64,000 bases of DNA from IMG/VR virus record IMGVR_UViG_3300020446_000005; one strand, given 5' to 3'. Made by a program: the position numbers and the translations under genes. Source of the DNA: an uncultured virus (IMG/VR IMGVR_UViG_3300020446_000005). Taxonomy: Duplodnaviria > Heunggongvirae > Uroviricota > Caudoviricetes. A model generated the notes under the pieces. That model was given only the letters and a program-made list of their open reading frames with translations. It was not told the origin of the DNA and made no database searches. Shown here in pieces: positions 56,451-64,000 of the stretch (the first letter of the stretch is position 1; the number at the start of each line of letters is the position of its first letter).

Positions 56451-57153
56451 ATATCCTTTTTTTTCTGAGAAAGGCTATAAATTAACAAAAACTTTTACAC
56501 CAGCTAGAACATACTTAGGATTAGGTATATATGGTACTTATAAAGATTTTGGTGAAGAATCTTGGAAAATTGGATATGGAAGTTTAGAAATTAACGGTCA
56601 TTTTCTAAAAGCAAAAGATCGAGCTACACAAAAAGACATAGACAAACAATTTTATTTAGATTTAAGGGAATTTTCTAATGCTTTAAAAGATTACGTTTTT
56701 GTCAATTTAAATACTAATCGTAAAGCAGCACTTTTAAGTTTTGCTTATAGTCTTGGTATACAGTCTTTTAAAAATTGTAAATTACTAGATTTAATTAATA
56801 GTTATGCATCAAAAAGTAAAATAATTAAAGAATGGAGCCCATATATAAATACATATTGGATGTCTGGAGGGGAAATGATGATTGATAGAAGAAGAGCTGA
56901 GTTAGATATGTACTTTGCAGCTGATAAAGATATACCTACCTTTTATCGACACTCCTGTCATGCTAAAGTCTGTTTACTTAATTTAGTTGAAACTTATAAT
57001 GGTTCTTCTAATCAAATAAAAGGTATTGAATATCTAGAAAAGAAATTTAAAGAACTTGATCCTTCTGGGGAAGTTTTACGTCGTTTTTTTCGTTATTGGA
57101 ATGAGAAGCCAAGTGCTCTAGCATCTCCGAAGCGAGCCAAGGTTGATCCTTGA
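56437..57153 (+). CDS. Lysozyme (GH24)-like protein, catalytic Glu apparently absent
   Basis: YKD..WKIGYG, LNTNRKAALLSFAYSLG, RRRAE. Confidence 0.7.
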   Translation: MTFPKYPFFSEKGYKLTKTFTPARTYLGLGIYGTYKDFGEESWKIGYGSLEINGHFLKAKDRATQKDIDKQFYLDLREFSNALKDYVFVNLNTNRKAALLSFAYSLGIQSFKNCKLLDLINSYASKSKIIKEWSPYINTYWMSGGEMMIDRRRAELDMYFAADKDIPTFYRHSCHAKVCLLNLVETYNGSSNQIKGIEYLEKKFKELDPSGEVLRRFFRYWNEKPSALASPKRAKVDP

Positions 57154-57220
57154 GATATTCCAAAGCATCAATAAGCTGCATTTCGGGTGTATAATTTTCG
57201 ATTAAATCTTCATACTTCAT
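57047..57220 (-). CDS. Small hypothetical protein (57 aa)
   Basis: MKYEDLIENYTPEMQLIDALEYL; GGAGG upstream; tail-to-tail overlap with lysozyme-like gene. Confidence 0.5.
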   Translation of the reverse strand: MKYEDLIENYTPEMQLIDALEYLKDQPWLASEMLEHLASHSNNEKNDVKLPQKDQVL

Positions 57221-57587
57221 TGTCATCCTCCTGTGGAATATCTTTTAGATAGGCTGGAATTGTATGTGGAATTGAAACATTTTGATAGCCCTGTTCAAAT
57301 GTGTTTTCAATTTTTGTCATCTTTTCTTGGTGCATTCCTATTTTAAGCAGTACTAAATATCCAATTAAATCATTTACCACATCCTCATCTTCATCTAATA
57401 AACCTGCACCTTGCATTATACGATTGAGTTTATCATCTATACGAACTAATAATTGTTCTACAGGTGAACTTTTACTAAAAACTCTACATGGTTCTAAGGC
57501 AGAATTACCATATTTTCGATTTTTATAAATGAGAAGTTCTTTTATGTCATCACAAATAGCTGAGATTTTTAATTCTGATTCAGTCAT
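57210..57587 (-). CDS. Nucleotide modification associated domain 1 (DUF1599-like) protein
   Basis: KNRKYGNS...VRIDDKLNRI...DLIGYLVL. Confidence 0.8.
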   Translation of the reverse strand: MTESELKISAICDDIKELLIYKNRKYGNSALEPCRVFSKSSPVEQLLVRIDDKLNRIMQGAGLLDEDEDVVNDLIGYLVLLKIGMHQEKMTKIENTFEQGYQNVSIPHTIPAYLKDIPQEDDNEV

Positions 57588-57611
57588 ATTCAGTCCTAAT
57601 AAAATAAATTA

Positions 57612-57845
57612 ATGAGATATACACAATCTAAGCTTAGCCAAGATTATAAAGTTGACGAGCGATATAGAGAATCTCGTGGATCTTCAGATAATGCTACTGG
57701 TTTAGCTTTTCTTAAAAGATTTTCTAAAAATTTAAATTTTAAACCGGGAAGCAGTACAGATACAGAGTTTCCACCCAGTATAGATAATAGAGATACTACA
57801 GATATTAAAAATGTCATGAAGAAATCAAGTAACTACTTTTCCTAA
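57612..57845 (+). CDS. Hypothetical protein with FL motif
   Basis: GLAFLKRFSKNL; TAAAAT at 57600-57605. Confidence 0.65.
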   Translation: MRYTQSKLSQDYKVDERYRESRGSSDNATGLAFLKRFSKNLNFKPGSSTDTEFPPSIDNRDTTDIKNVMKKSSNYFS

Positions 57846-58427
57846 GTGAGAAAAAATATTTATAAATTTATCTACCTGTTGAAAGCCAAATTCTAATTTT
57901 GGTAAATAAATAAAATATCCCCAATGCACTGGAGACTTTAATGTATACATACCTTTTCCATGAATTAGATTAGCTCTTTTAGTTGGAAAACACATAGGAT
58001 AATCCCATATTTCTGGACAAATTCTCATCATTTCAGGATAAGTAGAAAAAAATAATGCATGATAGGTATTTCGCAGTTTCCATTCTTTTAGTAATCTTCT
58101 AAACCAAATAACACTAGGTGCTTTGGCACCAGTTCCAGCCGTAACACTCCATCTCCATGTACCTCTTTCTTTTGAAAAAGAACATCTTCCTATTGTTGGG
58201 GGAAATAAATAAACAGTTCCAGTCCACGGGTCATGATTATTTAATCCATCGTCTTTTAAAGTATATATTTTTTTAGCTCTTAAAAATTCTACGTTTGCAC
58301 TGTAAGTAGAACATGGATCTAGATCTATATCCCCTAATAGAGCATCAATATAAGGTAAATAATCACATGGAGTTAGCCAATCGTCATTCAGATGTTTTAT
58401 CTGAGTTGATAAATAAGGTTTTTTCAC
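57825..58427 (-). CDS. Phage Dam-like N6-adenine methyltransferase homologue with variant motif IV
   Basis: DWLTP, IDLDPCS, DDGL..W.G.VYLFPPT. Confidence 0.75.
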   Translation of the reverse strand: MKKPYLSTQIKHLNDDWLTPCDYLPYIDALLGDIDLDPCSTYSANVEFLRAKKIYTLKDDGLNNHDPWTGTVYLFPPTIGRCSFSKERGTWRWSVTAGTGAKAPSVIWFRRLLKEWKLRNTYHALFFSTYPEMMRICPEIWDYPMCFPTKRANLIHGKGMYTLKSPVHWGYFIYLPKLEFGFQQVDKFINIFSHLGKVVT

Positions 58428-58831
58428 ATGTGTTTAAAACTAGCTCCTTCATTATCTATTTTGTAATGAACTAACGACATTTCTTTTTCATCTTGAATTA
58501 TAAATAATGCTTCTTTTTGAGGATCTAACTGTTCAGCTCTATTAATTGCTTGTTTCATTACATTTGCAGCACCTTCCATATCTCGTTTATTAAGGTCATC
58601 TACTGCTGTAATTAAGTTATCTACGGTAAGGTAAAACATTGATTTTTTCTCATCTTCATGATTAGGAACATAAACCATAGCCCCAGCACCTTCTTTGTTA
58701 TAAAACCTAAAATAATAATCACACATATCGGCACAAATTCGTTCAATTGTTAATTTATACAGTTTTGACTCATCTTCATTTAATCCTTTACCTATTAATT
58801 GATTTAATAGTCTGTTTCTTCTGCTGGTCAT
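58424..58831 (-). CDS. Hypothetical protein
   Basis: 135 aa coupled ORF. Confidence 0.75.
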   Translation of the reverse strand: MTSRRNRLLNQLIGKGLNEDESKLYKLTIERICADMCDYYFRFYNKEGAGAMVYVPNHEDEKKSMFYLTVDNLITAVDDLNKRDMEGAANVMKQAINRAEQLDPQKEALFIIQDEKEMSLVHYKIDNEGASFKHM

Positions 58832-59454
58832 TTTTTATTTACTGCTTCTACATTCTTATCATTTTTTAGCTTTTTGTCAATTTTTACAAATTTACCAAGT
58901 CCTGATTTTCTTAGAGTTTCTAATAGTTTTGGTAAAGGTCTGTATAAAACTACGGCTTTTTGCATATTTCCAATTTTTTTTATTAATTTTCCATTTTCAT
59001 CTCTCAATTTAGCTAATTCTCCCTGTCTTATTAAGTACTCAGCAACACATCTGTATCTACGTTTTTCAGCTAAATTTATTTCAGGATATCTATCACATAT
59101 GGTACTAGTTTTCATATCACTAAAAGTAATTCTAATTTGATCAGCTAATGAAAGTCCTAAAACTAGATCAGTAGTACTGGTTTCATAACCAGATATTAAT
59201 TCTAAATATCTTCGTAAATCTGCATTAGAAAAACTTCCTGATGGAGGTATAAATATTTCTACTTGTTCTATTAAAGAGTCACAAAGTTTCTTTTTAAAAT
59301 TTCTAGTTGTTACGGATGCTATATCTAAATTTTTAAATCTATAGCTTTGATATGTGTTATCTGGGTCTTTAAGAGGAGCGTAATTAGTAGTATCTAAAAT
59401 ATCTAACCAATCCTCTGTTATTTCTACTGGCATTTGAGGATCATATCTTTTCAA
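58828..59454 (-). CDS. Hypothetical protein, possibly winged-helix
   Basis: VAEYLIRQGEL followed by beta hairpin-like segment. Confidence 0.7.
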   Translation of the reverse strand: MKRYDPQMPVEITEDWLDILDTTNYAPLKDPDNTYQSYRFKNLDIASVTTRNFKKKLCDSLIEQVEIFIPPSGSFSNADLRRYLELISGYETSTTDLVLGLSLADQIRITFSDMKTSTICDRYPEINLAEKRRYRCVAEYLIRQGELAKLRDENGKLIKKIGNMQKAVVLYRPLPKLLETLRKSGLGKFVKIDKKLKNDKNVEAVNKK

Positions 59455-59519
59455 ATGTTAGCTCACTTTTGTAAATCTTCCCAATGTTCGCTAATATCAT
59501 TTTAGAAAGAATATTTATT

Positions 59520-59651
59520 ATGCGTCGTCCAATTACTTATGCGGAGTTAATTCTAATTTTAATTTTTGTACCAATGGTTTGGATTGGAGGTACTAATTTA
59601 TATGAGTTTGTTTCAGATAGAATCTATATAGAAGTAAGACTTAAAAAGTAA
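59520..59651 (+). CDS. Small TM protein (43 aa)
   Basis: MRRPITYAELILILIFVPMVWIGG. Confidence 0.55.
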   Translation: MRRPITYAELILILIFVPMVWIGGTNLYEFVSDRIYIEVRLKK

Positions 59652-59652
59652 C

Positions 59653-60243
59653 GTGGGCGGATCAAAACCTCAACCAAATACAATAATAATGCCTGCTCAG
59701 ACTCAGCCTCAGCAGTTTCAAACAATAATTCCAGAAAAAAGTTATAAAGATCTAGCTGAATCAATGGGACGAATTGAGGCAGAGACTGGAAAGATACAAG
59801 ATCAAAGATATGACGAAGTAGGAACTCCTTCTGAAATAGGAGCTAGAGCTAAAGGAACTAATATGTTAGCTGCTGCTGCATATTTATCATCATTACCAAA
59901 AGGCACTGGAGACACTAGTTTTCAAACAACTCCAAGACCTTTTGATATTACATCAACTAAAGGCACTTTTGAACAAAAACCTGGTCAAACAATTGCAAAA
60001 GGCTTTGGTACTTCTACTGGTTCTGGTACAGCACCAAAAACTCAATTAGATGCTGTAAAGGATGCAGCAAAACAAAATTTAGATAATGCCAAAAAAGATT
60101 ATTTAGACGCTGTGAAATTAGCTAAAACTAAGGGAAGACCAAAACCAACAATAACTAAAAATCCTTCATTTGCTAATCAAGATCCTAAAGATTTCTTGCC
60201 AAAAAGATATAATCCAGAAACTGGTAATATGGATATTGTTTAA
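59653..60243 (+). CDS. Putative virion protein
   Basis: MGGSKPQPNTIIMP resembles N-terminus of 26947-27432. Confidence 0.7.
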   Translation: MGGSKPQPNTIIMPAQTQPQQFQTIIPEKSYKDLAESMGRIEAETGKIQDQRYDEVGTPSEIGARAKGTNMLAAAAYLSSLPKGTGDTSFQTTPRPFDITSTKGTFEQKPGQTIAKGFGTSTGSGTAPKTQLDAVKDAAKQNLDNAKKDYLDAVKLAKTKGRPKPTITKNPSFANQDPKDFLPKRYNPETGNMDIV

Positions 60244-60914
60244 GTTATAGTTCCAAAATCTAAAGAAGATTCTGCATTATCACTTACTAAACCAAAATTT
60301 ATACTTTCAGTTACTGTTTCTTTTACAAAACGCCAATCCAAAACAGAAACATTTAAACTTATAGAATAATTTGTTTCAAGATATCTAATATCATTTGTAA
60401 TTAAAAATAAATATTCACCTCTATCTAAACTTGTTTTTGGAAAATCTGTCTGTAAAACTCCATTATCATCATCAAGATAATCAATAGCACTTTCTTTATG
60501 GACATAACCATCGTTATTTATTGGTAACTCTTCTCTTCTACCATCTTCTAATATTTGGTAAAAAGCTAATAAAGTATTTCTATTAGTATTTTCTTCATAT
60601 GAAAACTGAGAAAAATCCTGTGTAAATTGAATTGTTCGCGGTTTTTGTAAACTTATTTTATAAAAAGTCGTTTGTTTTCTAGTTAGACCACCATGAGTAT
60701 TTCTTATCGTAAATGATTTAAATATAGATGAAAAATCACCTAAATCTATTGGATTATTTAAATTATCACCTTGTTCTGCTGGTAATGGGTCAGACCCAAA
60801 GTAAGATGTCGGACCATAAGCTGTAGGTCCACCACCACCAGTAGGATATGTTTCTACTAATCCTAAATTAACGAAGCCTTTATTACTTGGTATTGTAGTT
60901 AGGAATCTTGACAT
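60240..60914 (-). CDS. Beta-rich hypothetical protein
   Basis: 224 aa ORF. Confidence 0.7.
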   Translation of the reverse strand: MSRFLTTIPSNKGFVNLGLVETYPTGGGGPTAYGPTSYFGSDPLPAEQGDNLNNPIDLGDFSSIFKSFTIRNTHGGLTRKQTTFYKISLQKPRTIQFTQDFSQFSYEENTNRNTLLAFYQILEDGRREELPINNDGYVHKESAIDYLDDDNGVLQTDFPKTSLDRGEYLFLITNDIRYLETNYSISLNVSVLDWRFVKETVTESINFGLVSDNAESSLDFGTIT

Positions 60915-62035
60915 TTTTGGCAGTTGAGTTGTTGTCTATTCTTGTAATATTCGAATATGTTGTCATGACTTAGTTTAATCGAGGTAATTTTTTTTGGATA
61001 ATCATTATCTTTTAATTCTTTTATTGTCAGATGTTTGGGGTTACAACAAAAAGATTGACAGCTTGGTTTACTAAATATTCTATATTTACCTGTATATCCT
61101 CTACTTAGCCAAAAAGCTATTCGTGGTGCGGATTGTGTCTTACCTGAATGAAAAGGTGAGGGAAAATATGCTGTTGATTCCGTATTATTTTTTCTTGTTG
61201 CACCTTTCCAAGGCCAGCAGGAATCTTCATCTTTAACCTCTACCTGCTCCCAAAATCTTTTTACCTGCCAATACCATCTAAAGTCAAATTCTCTAACATC
61301 AACCAGACATCTTCCTTCTTTTATCTGCTTCATACAATCTAGACACTCTCCCATAATTCCAAAATTACCCTTATGCTCTTTTGTATTTTTTATGTGCCAA
61401 GGGCATTCTAAATTTTGAGTCACAAGAAAATTTAATTTATATTTTTTTGATTCTTCTGGAAATGAATGACTTATCTGTTCACAGATTTTAGAGAGATTAT
61501 CCCAGATTTCTTTTTCATTGTAATCATTTTTTCTGTCTTCAGCATCCTCATATGTCTCATAAGAACATATTCTTCTAACGGAATGATATGGAAGTCTATA
61601 AGTCTTTGATAATTTTCTACTACTTATTCCTTTCTTACTTTCCTGTCTTAATTTACTTATTAAGAAAGTATCTATACTATTTTCTTTTATAGAAGCACAT
61701 TCATAAGCTACATCTTTTCTTGTGCCCCAATAATAATGACTAGGGTTTAAACAATATGGAGACTGACAAAATCCTTTGCGTACTATTATTGTTTTTTCTT
61801 CTTTTGGTATTCTTCCAGTTAAGTAAAGTAAAAGTTCTCTAGCATCTTTTCCAGAATATAATAATTTATTTTTTTTACTGGTATTAAAACCTTCAAATGC
61901 AGAATGTTTTATTTTTTTCATACACCAGCATTTTTCTTTTCCAAGTACTTTTAAACCTGTTTTAAAAGCATTTATAAATTTTATTTGGTCATAAGGAGTT
62001 AAAAGGTTGTACAGGAAAGGGTTTTCGATTTGCAT
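60899..62035 (-). CDS. Tandem His-Me/HNH-like zinc-loop protein with central HTH
   Basis: KCWCM...CQSPYCLNPSH; ISSRKLSKTY HTH; SCWPWKG...CQSFCCNPKHL. Confidence 0.75.
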   Translation of the reverse strand: MQIENPFLYNLLTPYDQIKFINAFKTGLKVLGKEKCWCMKKIKHSAFEGFNTSKKNKLLYSGKDARELLLYLTGRIPKEEKTIIVRKGFCQSPYCLNPSHYYWGTRKDVAYECASIKENSIDTFLISKLRQESKKGISSRKLSKTYRLPYHSVRRICSYETYEDAEDRKNDYNEKEIWDNLSKICEQISHSFPEESKKYKLNFLVTQNLECPWHIKNTKEHKGNFGIMGECLDCMKQIKEGRCLVDVREFDFRWYWQVKRFWEQVEVKDEDSCWPWKGATRKNNTESTAYFPSPFHSGKTQSAPRIAFWLSRGYTGKYRIFSKPSCQSFCCNPKHLTIKELKDNDYPKKITSIKLSHDNIFEYYKNRQQLNCQKCQDS

Positions 62036-62093
62036 GTGAGTAGGGGGTGGTGTGATTTTTAGTATAGATCCCTTTTATAGCAATGGCAATCAT

Positions 62094-62255
62094 TGAACAC
62101 CCAAAACCTAATTTTTTTTGCCTATTTTATTTACTTCTAAGGAAGATGAGGTTAGGTATGTGACTGTTAAATTTTATATATACACTCTTTTACCTATCCT
62201 CAACATATACGTAGCCGAGTAAAACCGCTATTTTTTTTACGAATTTGGGTGTTCA
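62094..62255. repeat. Nested inverted repeats on a common axis
   Basis: TGAACACCCAAA/TTTGGGTGTTCA (12/12) and TGAGGTTAGGTA/TACCTATCCTCA (11/12), both centred at 62174.5. Confidence 0.8.
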
Positions 62256-62483
62256 TAGTAAACTTCAATTATAAAAAGGGATTTTAAGAATTATTTTTAT
62301 AAAAAAACAATAACCATACCTTTAAGTCTATATTTAAAGGTCATAATTAAAAAAAATATGGTAGTAGGGGTAGGTATTTGATTGTATATTTTAAATAAAA
62401 ATAATATACAAGCTCTTTCTAACCTCAATAGTCAAGTAGTTTTGTAAGTGGTAAAATAAAAAAAAGTAAAAATTTTTAATAAA

Positions 62484-62717
62484 ATGACAAATTATGCTGG
62501 CTTTGATCAGTCTGGATTAGAAATGAATGCTGATCTAGGTGATCCGCGTAGACAATCTAAATTACCAGGTGGATATGCAACTCAAGGTCAGGCAGTATCT
62601 GCACCTTATGCAGAAGCTAATATGAAAGCTGCAGAAAAAACAAACCCTATGAATGCAAAGTCTCAAGAAACACCTGTAGGAGATAGGGTTAATGAGTTTT
62701 TAAATAGGGTTACTTAA
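62484..62717 (+). CDS. Hypothetical protein with C-terminal FL motif
   Basis: Ends DRVNEFLNRVT. Confidence 0.7.
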   Translation: MTNYAGFDQSGLEMNADLGDPRRQSKLPGGYATQGQAVSAPYAEANMKAAEKTNPMNAKSQETPVGDRVNEFLNRVT

Positions 62718-62900
62718 ATGGGAGATAATGATTTTCCAGCAGTTATGGCAAATGGGGGAAAAAGTTTTTTAGATGGCTATATGAAAAGAAAGGATCTGTA
62801 TAGTCAATCGGGTACGAGTATTCCTGACTTGTCAATTGAAAGAGATTTTGAACAAGAATTAGGAAAACCAGCAATAGAAACGGTAAAAATTCGTAGATAA
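62718..62900 (+). CDS. Hypothetical protein with FL motif
   Basis: GGKSFLDGY. Confidence 0.7.
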   Translation: MGDNDFPAVMANGGKSFLDGYMKRKDLYSQSGTSIPDLSIERDFEQELGKPAIETVKIRR

Positions 62901-62938
62901 AGAGCGTTTAAAATTAATCTATATATTACAAGATATAG

Positions 62939-63718
62939 ATGTCACAAACAGAAGTACAACTGATTAAAAACAACGCAGTTGTAGAAGCTGATATAGCAAA
63001 TGATGCTGTGACGAGGGATAAGATAAATGTAGTTTCTACTTCATCCGCACCTGGAATTGAAATCAAAGGTGATGATGGCTCTCAAGAGGGTTATCTACAA
63101 CTTAATTGCCGTGTGAATAGTCATGGAGTAAAGATACAATCTCCGCCACACAGTGCCTCTCAATCTTATAAAATTATCCTTCCAGATAACCAGATTGCTG
63201 CCGATAAGGTTTTAAAGGTAAAGAGTATTACCGGATCAGGCTCTACTGCTACGGGACAATTGGAGTTTGCAGATGCTCCTGGTGGGGGTAAGGTTATTCA
63301 AGTTATTCATAAGTCAGCTAGTGGATCAGCAAGTACTTCGTCAGGTAGTTATCAAGATTATTCTGATTTAACTCAAGCCATAACTCTTTCCAATTCTTCT
63401 AATAAAGTATTAGTTTCGCTTGATGTGCAATGGCAAGCTTATGGTGGTGATGACAGAAGAATAGAAGTAAGACTGTATCACACCTCTATATCTGATTCAA
63501 ATGCAATTACACAAAATGCAGGAGGGGAATACAAATCTGGTAGTAGTAATTCTTATAGTTTTGGTACAATAAATCAATTTGTATTAGATGTACCAGGCTC
63601 AACTTCAAGAACTTATAAAGTAGGTTATAGAAGTATAGATGGCAGTGACGTAGGGCTACAAGGTGAAAGCTCTGGTAGAAGTAGATCTACTTTAACTTTA
63701 ATGGAGATATCAGCATAA
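62939..63718 (+). CDS. Short fibre/tip protein, paralog 3
   Basis: LQLNCRVNSHGVKI; GKVIQV...SNKVLV...LTLMEISA. Confidence 0.75.
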   Translation: MSQTEVQLIKNNAVVEADIANDAVTRDKINVVSTSSAPGIEIKGDDGSQEGYLQLNCRVNSHGVKIQSPPHSASQSYKIILPDNQIAADKVLKVKSITGSGSTATGQLEFADAPGGGKVIQVIHKSASGSASTSSGSYQDYSDLTQAITLSNSSNKVLVSLDVQWQAYGGDDRRIEVRLYHTSISDSNAITQNAGGEYKSGSSNSYSFGTINQFVLDVPGSTSRTYKVGYRSIDGSDVGLQGESSGRSRSTLTLMEISA

Positions 63719-64000
63719 TGGCTAATCTGGATCACCCAGCAGTTAGGAAGGCATATCCTAATGTTGTAACTATTGATGATGGAACAGGTGCGTTTGATAA
63801 AAATGGTAAATCTGTAACTTTACAACAAAGCAAAATAGATGCTGCTAGAGCAACATTAGATGCTGAAGCTGCTGCAATAGCTTATAAATCTGTTAGACAA
63901 CCTTTATATCCATCTTTAGGTGATTTTGCAGATGCTATGTATTGGAATAGTAAAGGAGATTCGACTAAACTAGAAGCATATTACGCTGCCTGTGAAAAGG
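63718..64000 (+). CDS. Tail fibre chaperone-like protein (3' truncated), paralog of 48049-48372
   Basis: MANLDHPAVRKAYP.VVTIDDGTGAFD. Confidence 0.7.
   Translation, partial: MANLDHPAVRKAYPNVVTIDDGTGAFDKNGKSVTLQQSKIDAARATLDAEAAAIAYKSVRQPLYPSLGDFADAMYWNSKGDSTKLEAYYAACEK

Noticed and set aside
1..64000. CRISPR array, tRNA, rRNA, integrase, transposase, intron or intein
   Set aside because: No repeat-spacer periodicity, cloverleaf or diagnostic motifs recognised by eye; terL and capsid have normal lengths

Overview
AT-rich 64 kb segment of a large tailed dsDNA cyanophage, probably infecting Prochlorococcus (Prochlorococcus-type psbA at the left edge, DUF2973, an nblA-like gene, two 2OG-Fe(II) oxygenases). 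A ~670 bp non-coding divergence point at 21.4-22.0 kb separates a leftward block of small early-type genes (cytosine methylase, DUF2786, NrdR-like Zn ribbon, Gp88-like protein) from a rightward morphogenesis arm: Gly/Ala-rich ejection-like proteins, terminase, portal overlapping a scaffold, major capsid, and many tail-fibre/chaperone modules. No sheath, tube, tape measure, RNA polymerase or replication genes are recognisable, so it looks podovirus-like but neither T7-like nor T4-like. The most novel signal is a candidate virion cargo/core system: (i) a short [GA]xxFLxx[YF] helix shared by about 14 otherwise unrelated proteins, (ii) a [GT]R[MILF]AG[EQ] motif in five proteins, and (iii) a protamine-like Arg/Ser protein ending in a Cys-variant peptidase-S74 motif whose chaperone body is a separate coupled gene, about 3 kb from a Ser/Thr kinase. 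Other signals: a candidate sRNA after psbA, three NtcA-like boxes, repeated structured early leaders, a 521 nt portal/scaffold dual-coding overlap and several apparent pseudo-enzymes. All family assignments are from motif recognition by eye; no database searches were run.
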